From Nageia nagi (taxonomy: Eukaryota; Plantae; Pinophyta): 64,000 bases of DNA. The DNA is taken from NCBI GenBank assembly GCA_050084985.1, contig JBITNC010000001.1:146568001-146632000 (forward strand), written 5' to 3'. Numbering within the stretch: the first letter of the stretch is position 1; every line of letters begins with the position of its first letter. Positions 1 through 14,102 of the stretch are shown here, in pieces. Made by a program: the position numbers and the translations under genes. The notes under the pieces were generated by a model. That model saw only the letters and a list, made by a program, of their open reading frames with translations, was not told where the DNA came from and did not search any database.

Positions 1-526
1 ATGAACTTGATTATCATTTCATCTATATATTGAATGTAATATCTAACTAATAGGTTCTACTAACTTCTTATACAAATTTAAATCATAATTATGAATGCAC
101 TTGATATGAGTGAGCTAGGTGAAATATTAAACAAATGAGTTGATACTTGGAAGGTTGTAGGTTATAATTTGAGAAAAAAATTCTTCTCCTTTTATTTATG
201 CATTCTTATATAAGTCTCTTATTAGCAATTTGATGTATCTTATAGCTAAGAGGTTTATCGTTATATTTGTAGCCAAAGCATTTTTCTCTATGTGATTTGC
301 ATAAGTTTTTTTAGTCTATGATGTAAAGGTAGTGATTCTAATGTTCTTTAATTATAGTCATATTCCAATTAGGAAGGAAGAATCAATGATAGGAAATCAC
401 ATCTAGAAATGTCTTATTCCTTGGTTAATCTACAATTTTATAATGCATCAAGAAGTAATGTATAATTTCTTTATCCATTACTAAGGTAGAATATATGATT
501 TTATCCTCTTCTTACACTCAACCCAT

Positions 527-571
<45 letters not shown>

Positions 572-1558
572 TAAAATTTTAGAGGGAACTAATAATCACT
601 TTAGAAAATTTAGAATTATTATCTATTAGAAGTTACCTCTATTAAGTTTGAAAAATCAATAATTTATTAGTGTTTTTATTTTAATTTATAAAATGTATTG
701 TAATTCCTTACAAAGATAATGCAACTCTTTTTATAAATGAGACATTTCTCTAGACATACCTCTTAATATAATTTTTCATGGTGTATCTAACTATTGATAA
801 TAGATAAAAAAAATTCATACAGACATGCTCATTTGCATGTTCCTCACGGACCCATATGAAAAAGAAGGAGTCATTCATAAATTCCCATATTCTTTACCTT
901 AATATTGTTCAAAATGATCTTCAAAGAAAAATAATTATATGTGTAAGCTAAATATTTATTCTCATCATGATAGAAAATCACTAATCTAAAATGACAAGTT
1001 ATGTTTCATGATGTCCTTAAATATTTTCCTTGTGTCAAAAGATACCTCAAATATGAAAAGTTAATATGCCAATGTAATTTATACTATAGACACCAATTTC
1101 TATATAATTTTTGTAAAAGAAGACCTCAAATGCTTAAGGCCCAAGGATGTCTATACACAAGTTTATTCGCATTCAACCTATCGTTTCACATATGTTATGT
1201 ATGATAGAGGATAAAAGATATAGATATTTTACAAATAAAGTACACATAAATATGATAAGGGTATTTACACTTAGCCTATCTCTTCCTATATATCACAAGT
1301 CAAAGAGGATCCCAAGTGTAAAGAATATGAAAAATGTATATGTCAACAAGACATAATAATCCTTTTGCTATATTTCTAGACTAGCTAAAGATGAAAAAAT
1401 ATGTCACATACCTATTTAAAATTAATGTGGGAAGGTTGTTCTCAATTAAAAAGTTGACCATTCATACTAGATAAAATTTCCCACACACAAATAAGCAAAA
1501 AAATATCAAGCATCAAAATAAGTGAACCTATGTTATTTCCAAGGGACAAAGGTATTCA
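1..1558 (+). repeat. Segmental duplicate of 22456-23427
   Basis: Co-linear from atgaacttgattatc/atgaaattgattatc to ggacaaaggtattca. The second copy lacks ~275-858. Confidence 0.9.
532..569. repeat. (TA)n microsatellite
   Basis: Pure TA run. Confidence 0.98.
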
Positions 1559-1564
1559 TCCTAG

Positions 1565-4179
1565 AAATAAGGAGATTACACATACAGGTAATATAGACTA
1601 ATAATAGAAGTGAATATATGAACTATATGAACTAAAATAAGGAGATTACACATAGTGCCAATATAGCTAAAACTATGATATAGTAATAGAAAAAATAAAA
1701 GAAAACTTAAAGCTATAGCCTACAATAGATCAATACTCATCCAATACAATAATCAATAATTAAAAAGAATGAATAACTATCCTAAGTCTACCTCAACCCT
1801 AATATTTGTGAGGAATTGGTTACAAGTAGGATTATCACATTGCATATAAATTATAGTTAAAAAAAAAAGTAACATCTCAATTATAATTCTAATAAGAATT
1901 GTAGCATTGATGCTGAGTGTTAGATAGGAACATTGTATTAGTTTAGACATGTTTTTTTTAACTTTATAAATACTCTCTAATGCTTATTGGAATCATAAGC
2001 GAGTTTCTAACATAAAAAAAACTAATATTTAACCACTTCTTTTAAAAAATCATCTACTAGTTAATCATGAGTGATAAATATCTTAGTTTAATTACTATTT
2101 TCTCCACCATATCATGAATAAAATGGTATTTAAATTCAAATTATTTTATCTTCTATTATGGACTAGATGTTGTGCAAAGTGAATGACATTGATGTTTTTA
2201 CAAAATAGTAAAGTAGGTTTATCTTGCTTATCACCTATCTCCACTAGAATCTCTTGAAGCCATAATACTTAAGCACCTACAAAAGTGAGTGTTATATATT
2301 TTACTTCATTTGAGAAGAGTACCATTGATCCCTACTTCTTCAAGTTCCATGTGATTAGTCAAAATCCTAATAAAAACTAATTACTAAAAGTAGATATTTA
2401 ATCATCTAAACTTTTTTTCTAATCTAAATCACTAAAACCAAATAGCTCCATTCTCTCATATTGAAAGTGATGGATCTTGTAATCAAGATTACTCTTCACA
2501 TACCTTAGAATATTATTGGCAACCTTGAAAGGCAATAAAGATGGATCACTTATATACCTTGAAACCATTAAGAGAACATAAGCAATATCTGATCTTATAT
2601 TTGGTAGGAAACATAAGGATCCTAATAATGCTCCTAAATTCCCCATTATCTTTACACAATAGTATAATATGAGCAAAAAGTGTAGGGATTAATTTACAAC
2701 TCTTCATCCTATACCTCTTTATCAACAAATCAATTGTATATTTTATTTGATAAATAAAGATTATGTTCTTATTTTGATATACTTGTTTACCAAGAAAATA
2801 GTCTATTATCCCAAAATATTTCATTTCAAACCCTTGAATTATATGAACCATAAATCTCTCATTAAAAATAGAGATGGTACCCATATAAATCAAGTCATAC
2901 ATATTGAAACCCACAACTAGGATTTCATTGCCTTATTTCTTGATATATAATGTAGGTTTAGATTTTCTCCTTATGAAGCCACTCTTATGAAGGTAGCCAC
3001 CATTTTTAGTTTACCAAGCTCTTGGAGCTTGCTTAGTACTTTACAATACCTTCCTCAACTTGTACACAAAATTCTCCTTCCCTTTTACCTCAAAATCTTA
3101 AGGTCTTTGTACATAAATTTACTCATATAAGTACCCAATTAGGAATGTACTTTTGACATCTATATGATGCGTAGTCTAACATTTATGAATATCAAAGGAA
3201 AGTACCATTATAACAATTTCTTATCTTGCTATAAGAGAAAATATATCTTCATGATCAATATCATATTTCTATGTGGATTTATTAGCAACCAAACATGATT
3301 TAAATATTCAAACAATCCAATCCCTATTATATTTAGTGTTATAGACCCACTTGTACCAAAAACACTTCTTTCCTTTGGGAAGCTTACACAACTCCTAGGT
3401 ATCATTTCTAACAATGGAATTGATTTCATTCATTATAACTTGCAAAAAATATTATTAGTACAAGAATGTTCATAGAAAAAAGGCTAAAATACATTAGTAT
3501 AAAGCAAAACATAGTTTATCATGTCACCTTCAAGTTCACCATCACCATTATCTCCATACATGCATAGAGTCTCAAGTCTATGATCAACTTAATTCATCTC
3601 TTTAGCTTGGAATCTAGTCATACTTGTTTAAAATATTTTATCCAATACTTTATAGGGTTGATGGATTTGAGGTGCTTTAGTCCTCCTTCTTGTTCTTCTC
3701 ACTTTAAAGAAAATGTTAGATGACTCATCATTGAAATAAGTGCTAGATTTATTTTTCTTTCGAATATTTAATATACTTGTTGAAGGAGGACTAGGTGGAA
3801 AAATAGGAGTGTTGGTGCTACCCCCATTATTAGTGTTGGACCTTGTACTAGCAAAAGATCTAGAAGAAGTAGATTGCCCATAATTTTAACCATCTAGTTT
3901 AATATTTTATTGCATATTATTGCAAATGGAAGAACTCAAATGATTATATAAATTTATTCCATCATTAACATATAGATTTTGATGATATATTTTGATGGAA
4001 TAGGCTGCTTAGTTTTACGATTATAAATCCTATAGGCTTTTATCTTCTCATAGTAGCCAATGAAAATGAAAACTCTACACTTTACGTTAAACTTATTCCT
4101 AAATTCATTAAATACATGAGAAAATTTTTTGCATAAAAAAAATTGAAATGATTGACATTAGGATTCTTTTGATACCAAG
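1565..4179 (-). mobile_element. Partial copy of the same Ty1/copia element (part of 3' LTR, RNase H, RT, integrase C-terminus)
   Basis: ORFs 2419-2676 (IRSDIAY..VSRYISDP..ILRYVK..LFGFSD) and 2546-2914 (MYDLIYMG..FEMKYFG..YFLG) are copia RT. Co-linear with 45300-47918. Confidence 0.92.
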
Positions 4180-4219
4180 AATTAGGTGCTTATAATATGC
4201 CCAAATTATATCTCTAAAA

Positions 4220-7200
4220 GGCATATAACTTTTTATCAGCATTATCTAAAGGAATTTAAATCTTTAACTAAAGTTCCAACTTTTATGTTCTTAAACAATG
4301 CCAACCATGAAATTGTAAGGATTCAATTTTTTATCATACAATAATTTACTATTTTCCTTGGACAAATAATTCTTTTGAATAAATCAAAACCTATTTTGAC
4401 AAAGAGAGAAGTTATAAACTTGAGTTTTTGCATATATTTTCACTTCTAAGAGACACATAAGAAAATAAACCTCATGTATTCTCCTAGTTCAAGAATCTTT
4501 GACCTGATTCTACCTAGGGTTTTAACATAATTTCATAGTTAGAAAATAAGTTTAACATAGATGTTTCAATGATACAATTGTTTAGACACAATAATTTGAT
4601 TCAAAACTTATGCAAATTAATCTCTCATATAATCTTTTAAGAGACGAATAAAATTTCCTTCCAAGGAAGAAGTTAAATTCCTTAAGTCATAACATACACT
4701 TTTCCACCCACACAATGTTTATCAAGGGAAATTTATTATCACATGAAAATAACTTTTCCCAACTTTAAATCTCAAAACATTTTCTTACTTGTTTTAATTA
4801 AGGTTATCAATCTTCTCATTGAATAGCATTACCTTAGATTAAAAGTATTCCATTTTGAAGTAGTTTACCAAACTAATGGTCCAAATTGTTATCATATGAC
4901 CCTATCAATCCTAGATACAAATGCTTTTTAATCAACATTTATCCTACATTCGGTCCTTTTGATTCTCAATCATCGATCCTAGTTGAAAATGATTTTAAAT
5001 TAACATTTAATCCTCTAATTATAAACCTAGTAGGTATAGCTATTCCTCTCATGAATAATTTCCCATTTTGTGTGTAGTCCAGTGAAATCCTTTATACTTA
5101 ATCTTTATTTTGATAACACTTAGTAGTTTCTTGTCATATGGAAACCAAAATTATCATATCATACACCATATATGTAGCCATAAACATTTTTGTATATCCA
5201 ATTTTGGAAATAATCTAAAAAGATAATAGCAAAATGATTTTACAAAAGTACAACCATCAATAAAAATACTAGTTCAAATTTGCGTACCTAAATCTAACTT
5301 ATAAGTGTAAATACACTAATTTTGTTTAAACATTCACAACAAAATTAACTACTTATCAAGAATAGAATTCATATTTTATCCATGAGGTTTCTTGAAATAT
5401 TGTTACAACTATATGCTGACAACATCTTAACATTTCCTTTAATAAATAATTACCATAAGTCATGATTTACATCCAATATTTTATAAAAATTGTGAACATT
5501 CATTGCAACCTCTTTTGCTAAAGCAATCATAGGATACAAAGTTATTTTAATGGAAATGTTGATATCAATTGTTAGTTCATCCCAAATATTCAATATTTTA
5601 GAATTAATCAAAGTTAGATTCCTAAATTCAATCTCTTAGCGTTGTTCAACCTCTCAACTTTTCCAATTTATGTCAATAAATAAAATAAATAAGAGTTCAA
5701 CATATCAAGAATATACCATCTTTATATTCCTAAAATTTATAACATTATCTTTGGCATAGCTCTATTTGTATAAATACATTAGATCTAAAGTATCTATATT
5801 CTCAACATCAAACATGGCTATCAACATATAAGTATGTATTACATTATTTCATAATAATCCATTCATCCTATCTAAGAAAGGATAACCATAAAGTTAGCAT
5901 CTTGTCAAAATATGGCTAAATAATATTGAGAAAAGTAATTATAAAGATTAATCCACATGTAAAATTTGTTAAAGTAAGAAATGAAAATAAATATTTTACA
6001 ATTAATCTAATCTTCACGATGTTCATACCTATATGCATCATCAAGCATACCTAAACCTATCACATAATTACAAAAGGTAGTTAGCCCAATAGGTCCAAGA
6101 ATTTAAACTTGAGCTCTAATACCAATTTAAGAAACTAAAAGTCTCAACCATAAAATATTTCTTTGTACCACTAAAGTTTAGTCAAACATTAGGTGATAAG
6201 GTTCATTTGCCTTTGATTTATTTTTCATATAGCATAAATTTACCATGCATTCATATTGATTTAAACCAAACAATCATTTAGTTTACTCATACATATCCAT
6301 TAATCATGATAATCATACATCTTTTTAAAATAATTGAAGCAAAATAATCCAATCATCAAGGCATTCCCATAACCAAAACTTTGAGCTAAGCTCGGGAAAT
6401 TCCCTAGACATTTCCTCTCTAGGTAAACCTTTTGTAGGAATGCTACCTAATAATAATTTATTATTAACCATAAAAAATATTACAAATATTATCTTCAACC
6501 ATGTACATACTTCCTAAATCTTTAGTTACAACTAAATCAAGATCTTCATGATCTTATCCATGTGCCATCTAACCAAAGAGTTGATTTTGTAAAATATGTG
6601 ACATCATACATCACAAAGATTTCAAGGCAATTTTCAACAAAGAATAAAATACCATATATAGTTACCCAATCACATAAATCAAAGCAATTAAATATAACCA
6701 ATACAAGGTATCATCAATCCATTACAAGTGCAATATCAAATACTAAGGATCCAACACAAAATAATCCACCATGCACCAAAAGATCATCATTCATATATAG
6801 ACCCTATAACTAGTCAAAGTATAAGCATCAAACTAATACCATGACCTTGACTATGCTAACAATAGATGCATCTCAATTTGCTTTATTATCTTTATAAGTC
6901 ATAATAATAACCAACATCAAATAACTTGTGCCAACACAATCATTGCATTAATCCTAGGTTATTCCATATTGAGATACTTTACTGAAAGAACCCTCAATTC
7001 AAGATCATATCAATATCTTAATCAATACTCAAAAAATATCTTTATGATACAATAATCACAAATACAAATTGTTAGAAATAAACTACATGTAAGTAGACAA
7101 TGATGTAAAAATGCAAAACTCATATTAGTACACAAAGTGCATCACTATAATATAAGAAGCACTTAAACAAGTCTACTATGCATTACATATTCATAAATAT

Positions 7201-10190
7201 TTGTATACCATCCAATATGGAAGTATGCCATAACATATATCAGCCATATATATCATGATAGTATCACAAATGAAAAAACATAAATAGTATGCAAGTCTTT
7301 ATCAAGATATTAACTTTTAAAAGTTTACAATGTATACTATTATAAAATAGGCACATATGTTAAAAATAAGAAACTTAATAAGTTCAAATAAGACAATATG
7401 TATGATATTATGAATGTATTTCAACCAATAATATAAGTTTCTCAATAATAATTGTACAATATGTGAGCTCATACATCACATAGATTTCAAGGTAATTTTC
7501 AATAATGCATAAAATACCATATATAGTCAGCCAATCTCATAAACAAAACCAATGAAATATAACCAATACAAGGTATCATCAATCCATTACAAGTGCAACA
7601 TCAAGTACTAAGGATCCAACACAAAATGATCCACCATGTTCCAAAAGATCATCATTCATATATAGACCCTATAACTAGTCAATGTATAAGCATCAAGCTA
7701 ATACCATGAGCTTGACTATGTTACCATTATATGCATATTAATTTGATTTATTATCTTAATAAGTCATAATAATAACCAACATTAAACAACTTGCACGAAC
7801 ATAATCATTGCACTAATCCTAGGTTTGACCATATTGAGATATTTTACTCAATGAACCCTATATGCCATTCGATATTCAAAATTCATCTTTATGATACAAG
7901 CATCAATAATACAAATTGCTACAAATAAAATACATGTAAGTAGACAATGATGTAAAAATGCTAAACTCATATTAGTAAACAAAGTGCATCACTATAATAT
8001 AATAAGCACTTAAACAAGTCTACTATGCATTACATATCCATAAATATTTGTGTACCATCCAATATGGAAGTATGCCATAACATATATCAGCCATATATAT
8101 CATGATAGTATCAAAAATGAAAAAACATCAATAGTATGCAAGTATTTATCAATACATTATCTTTTAAAGTTTACAATCTATACTATTATAATATAAGCAC
8201 TTATGTTAAAAATAAGAAACTTAATACTAACTACTTGCTTCACCCATATAAATGCATATATGTATCCATATTATCCCTAAAAGTAACTACTTGCTTCACT
8301 CATATAAATGCATATATGTATCCATATTATCCCTAAATACAATAGTAATAGCAAGTTACTATTTCAACTAATAAAAAGGTTTAATGCTCTCTTTTACAAT
8401 TGTCTTATAGTCTATTTTTGTAGATCAGATTAAATAAAATATACAAATTCTAATTTAAAATATCTTTACATTTTGAATAGTATCTAAAAGATACTTTCAA
8501 ATGATACAATACTTCCAGAAAGTAAAGATATACATGAAAATTTATAATCAATGTAAAATGTCAACTTGTCTATTTTTGATAGTTTTGAAAAGACTAAAAA
8601 TAAGTAAAGACTAAAAAAGGTTTTTGATATTCCTACATTAAGAATTAAACAAATCCAATTTAGACAACTTATATATCATTGGAAAGAGAAATGATAGGTC
8701 TTTCCAATGGTGCAAAGTACATAAGCAACCAATTAGTAACACAAAAACTATAGCCTTCTAAAATACATAGTTTAATCTCTTTGATAAAGAATTAGCTACA
8801 CACAAAACCCGTTACACCTTTTGTAAAAATAACTTGTTTCCAATTTTGATTACAATTGATGTAAAATGGGGTATTATAATATTTTTGGAGGTTAACCATC
8901 ATCACTAATACAAATATTTCTTTTGAAAAAAAATAAGTTCTCTCTTAACAAATAAGAACAAATATATAAAGTCATTTTGTCAAACAATACACCAAAATCT
9001 CCTTTTTCCTCAAGTAATTACAATACCAAAGTACAAGAATTGTAATAAATGATATAAATACATTTCAAACATGTATTAACCTATATGAACATCTAAATAC
9101 CATTACTACAACCCTAAGTATAAACATTTGTAGTAATTTCAAACACATTGCAATAACACTAAACTACTATTTTTGGTTATCAATAACTTTCGTTATAATT
9201 AACAAAATTCAAAGTTCTTTATATTGTTGGAAATTTTGTTCAAACATACTTAGAATAATGTAAAGATGGAATATTTATATTGAGTATAATTCATTCATTT
9301 TGAGTTTGCAAAATTCATCCTCAAAACTGCTAAAAACTTCTATCATATATAACTTTTAAAATACAATGAATTTTCACATTTTGTAATATGTTTTGGATAC
9401 CCATTAAATCAAATAAACAACCCATAAAATTTGAATAAATTTTGGGTGCTTTTTCAAAACATGATTAGCATTCAACAATATATTATCATACAAAAATAAA
9501 ACCCTCTTCTCCTCAAATCTTTCCAATCATGAACAAAAACACTGAAAAATCTATCTTTGAAGAATAATTTTTAAAATGAAATAGAAGTTTAGAATCCATA
9601 CAACATAGTCTAATTTGGGTTTTCCAAGTGCAAAATCCATGCTAAATCTAATGACATTCTTCTTTCTACTTGGAAGCATTTTCTCCACTCATATTTTTCT
9701 TCTTTCTATTGCAACATGAAAAATGGAGGATGCAAGATGAAGTATGTTCATCCTTTTAACCTCTCCTTCATATAAAATATATCTCCCCTATTTTGACCCA
9801 TAACACCTCTCCTAAACTTAGGATATTTTTTACTATTTTAGTCACCCTTGATTATATGTAACTTCCATGCACAACTCCTTGTTGTATCCACCAAGGAGAC
9901 AAGGATATTAAATATTGGTCTAAATTAATTACACCACTCTTGCATGCTATAATGGCAATTTAAGGAGACACCAAATAATAAAAGATCCTTAATTCGAATA
10001 TTTAAATCTTCCATTTTGAATATTTAAATATCTAATTTAAATATTAATTAATATAAAACTATTAATATTTAATCACCCATTAAAAATTAATACTCATTAT
10101 TTCACTATGATGAATCTTAATATTATTTTAAAATAATAATACTCTCCCAAGTATTAGTCAAAACTTAATACCTAACAACATTTTCACACA
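4220..10190 (-). mobile_element. Decayed Ty3/gypsy-like LTR element, copy A (internal region 4220-6124 plus long 5' LTR)
   Basis: PBS relic gctctaatacca at 6113-6124, followed by LTR-like sequence. Internal region co-linear with 30765-33690, whose minus strand shows gypsy RT relics. The right boundary is a guess. Confidence 0.6.
6586..8226 (+). repeat. ~870-bp tandem duplication inside the gypsy-like LTR of copy A
   Basis: 6586-7451 is repeated at 7452-8226. Present once in copy B (34150-34812). Confidence 0.9.
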
Positions 10191-10304
10191 ATAAATGCTT
10201 TTAAATCCTTATTAATATATTAATCATTACTTCATATAATAGAAGTATAATATCTCATAAAACATAAGTATGTCTAGGTTTGCCTTTATCACGACAAATC
10301 ATTA

Positions 10305-13255
10305 ACTTTAGATTTTATATTTTATTATATAATATTAATTATTTATTGAAGGTATGCAATAGTATTGATTTATTGATTACTAATTAAAATAGAATTTCTT
10401 GGTATATAGTTCAAATTATATATTTTCAATAGTAAAAATAGAATAGAATAAATAGAATTTGTATTATTATCATTAGTAATGAAAAAATATCACTAGGACT
10501 ATAAAGTAAGACATATACAAAGCAATGAGAGTGCCTAAGGCAACTTGAGAAAATAAAATAAGAAAAAAAATAAATAGTGTAATTTGATATACAAGATCTA
10601 TGTATGAAGCTCATAAGACATAAAAGTTGCATTTTAATAAATGATAATCATTGTAAAAACTTTTAAATCATAAATGAAAATTATTATGAACTTTCATTGG
10701 TATGATTTTTTAGATACTAAATATTAGAAGCTTGCATCTCCATTTTAAGGATAATAGAGCTGAATACTTCAAAATTACATATAGATATCTATCAATGAAT
10801 TTATGAATCATATGATTTCTATAATAATTTAATTTTAACTTAATTTTTTCAAATATTAATATCCTCCAATTTGATGGATAGGTTAGTTGGAGTTGGATAT
10901 TTAAAATTCTCAAGAATGAGAGAACCAACTTCAAATATCCCTATTTCCTATTGAAAAATATTTAAAATCCTATTGAGTTGATGGTAGGTGCACATGATGT
11001 AAATAGATACCCATGATGGATCAAAGCTTAAGATAAATGGTTACCTGTATTAGGGTACAAAAAGTTTATCCCTTAAGTAGGGTTTATCCATATAAAAAAA
11101 AGATTCTTATGCATTCATAAATAATCATCTTGTTAAAATTGAAAATGATCATTAAAATATAAAAAGCTCAAACAATTTAAAAATGATTTATTTATAGAAT
11201 TTAAAACTGCAATAAATAAAAACTCTAAAAAATTAATACAAATTTCAACTTCATTAATATTATTTTTCAATTTTGATTTTCATGCACATATTTAAACATT
11301 TTAATTACAAAAATAGTTATTATAATAATTTTAAAAAAAATTATCTAAATATTAAAATTTAGTCACATCTTGTAAAAATTCATATTAGATAATTTTGCAT
11401 ATTGTTGAGAATTAAAAATATATCATTTTGTATAATGTATGATTTGTTGAGATATATGGATTCTATATTTCTTACTTGTTTCAATTATAATATTAATATG
11501 AATGATAACAAAAAATTCTATATATTTTTAATTTTCAATAGGATATCTTACCATAAGATATCTCCCAGAGAGTAAGGAGTCATTTAGATTTATCCTACTA
11601 TGGTACTTTAGGTTCTTATATTATGCCCAAACTATATCTTTAAAATTAATATCTTACATCACCCTAAGACAAGAAACATATAAGTTGAAACTCTAAAGGA
11701 TACAGTTGTACATCTTATGAAGGAGTATATTTAAGTTCCTTCAAGAGTATCTCTACATGAATAACCAACATTAAATAAATTATAAACATACTAGAAAAAT
11801 GTTCAAAATATCATATAAAGAACATTAATAGCATATAAAGATAAAGGTTGTGTAAAAATGAACCCCATCATGATAATTTTTATGTTTATATTAATAATAT
11901 CTTATATCACCCTAAGGTGATAGTAATAGAATTGGATATTTTAAAGTGTAAGGTTGTACATGTTAACCCTAATAATAAAATAACATATGCATGTTATGTC
12001 AAACTTATTACACTAAGAGGCATCTTATAGTTGCAAAAAAGGGGGTAAAGAAAGCCAAATATCCGATATTTTTCTATTACTATATGTTATCTATATTTCA
12101 AAAATAAGATTCAACTACTCACACACATCTATATAAATATCACACTTATAAAAAAATATTCAATACAATTTGGCAAGCTCAGTTTGATTTCATTTTTTTG
12201 ATAGGAGGTATTAAAGATGTACTTTCAACTCCCATTGAATAAATCAAAATCCATTTGCACTTCTTCAATATTTGGGACAACCCAAGATATTTTGTAATAT
12301 TGAGGATAGGGAACATAGCCTTTATAGTTAATATGCATGACAAATTATGATAATTACTTCCCAAGTTGTTTACTTACCTTTTTATCTTTAGTAGAATAGT
12401 AGTTGTATTTCTTTTGGTTACCACCCTAATGTTGAGCTAAATATGTTTTACAACATAAATGATACTGAACATGGACTTTATAGTTGTGATGTGAGATTAA
12501 AAAGGATTTATATCTTCCAAGGAGTAATGTTTCACTTAGAAACCTCCCACTATGTTAATTTAGGTGCTTATATTATATCCAAATTGTATCTTTGAAACTA
12601 AAATCTTACATCATCATAAGGAGAGAATCATATAATTTGAAACTCTAAAGTATAAGGTTATACATCTTGTGAAGGAGTATATTTAAGTTCCTTCCAGAGA
12701 ATCTATACATAAATAACCAACCTCATCTAGTACATTATAAACAAACTTTTAAAGGTTCAAGATGGTACATAAAAATTATTACAAGCATATATAGATAAAG
12801 GTTATGGAAAAAACCCCCATTATGATATTTTATATATTTAGATTAAGATTATATTATATCACCCTAAGGTAATAGTCATGGAATTGGATACTTTGAAGTG
12901 TAAGGTTGTATATCTTAACCCTAATATTAAAATAACACATGTATGTTATGTGAAACTTATTACATTAAGAGGCATCCTTCAATTGTAAACAAGGGGGTGA
13001 AGAGAGCCAAATATTGTTAACATATATCAACTATATTTCAAAAAAGATTTGTTGACTAATCACACAAATCTATATAAATATCAACCTCATAAAAAAATAT
13101 GAAATATCATTTTGTCCACTCAGTTTGATTTCAATTTTATGATAGGAGGTATTCCATAGGTAGTTAGGACTTACCATTGAACAAATTAAAACCCATTCAT
13201 ACTTCTTTGGTATTTGGTACTACACAAGATGTTTTGTAGTATAGAAGATATAGAA
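10305..13255 (+). repeat. Segmental duplicate of 53521-56880
   Basis: Co-linear from ctttagatttta to tagaagatat. The later copy carries ~380 extra bp (54780-55160). Confidence 0.9.
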
Positions 13256-13920
13256 TATGATAACTACTTCCCTAGTTGTTCACTTACCTATTTATATTTA
13301 GTGTTATAGTTGTTTTATTTCTTTAATTTACCACCTTCATGTTGATTCAAAGATGGTTTCCAATATCTAAGATACAAAACATGGCCTTGATAGTTAGGAT
13401 GTGATACTAAATAGGATTTATATCTACCAAAAGGTAAGGTATTATTTATGAACCTCCAAATATGATATTTTATATTCCTATTTATGCCAAATTATATCTA
13501 TAAAATAAATATCTTACATAACCCTAAGGCCAGAATAAGATAAGTTTCTTCAAGAGTATATTCTTGGAATAATATCTTACATCATCGTAAGGTGACATTC
13601 ATGCGTGTGGATACTCTAAAGTATAAGGTTATACATATTAATTCTTATATCAAAATAAAACAATCATATTCTATTAAACTTATATATACTTGAATAACCA
13701 ACCTCACTAAACACATAATGGATATAATTAAAAAAATTAAAATATCACATGAGGAATATTAAGTGTCTATAGAAAAAGAGGATATGTACAAAGCCTCCAC
13801 TTTGATATAGTAAGTTTTTATATTAATGTTTCTAATAGAAATAATATCTTAGATCATCCTAAGAAGATAATAATGCAAATCAAAACTTTAAAGTGTAAGA
13901 ATGTACCTCCTAACTTTAAT
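11560..13920 (+). repeat. Nested tandem repeat: ~0.9-1 kb units built from shorter subunits (also 55165-56880)
   Basis: Units restart at ~11580, ~12530 and ~13440. Subunit atatcttacatcaccctaagg...ctctaaagtgtaaggttgtacatct recurs at ~11650, 11900, 12600, 12855, 13510, 13570 and 13845. Confidence 0.8.
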
Positions 13921-13944
13921 GTAATAACCATAATTGTGAATGCA

Positions 13945-14102
13945 ACTAGCTTAGATATCTAAGATAAATATATAAAAATATTAACAAGTATCAATATCAA
14001 CATGCCTAACATAGAAATTAAACATCCAATAAATGAGATAGGCACCTCAATATTGATACCTTTTGGCATTTTTAAATATATATCCTAGATATTGAAGCTA
14101 GT
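13945..14102. repeat. 158-bp imperfect foldback (MITE-like hairpin)
   Basis: Left arm actagcttagatatctaagataaatatataaaaatattaacaagtatcaatatcaacatgcctaac aligns with the reverse complement of the right arm (actagcttcaatatctaggatatatatttaaaaatgccaaaaggtatcaatattgaggtgcctatc). Loop is ~26 nt. Confidence 0.85.

Noticed and set aside
280-860. Possible LINE endonuclease relic
   Set aside because: Only vague resemblance. No convincing GDFN, RLD or SDH motifs could be read.
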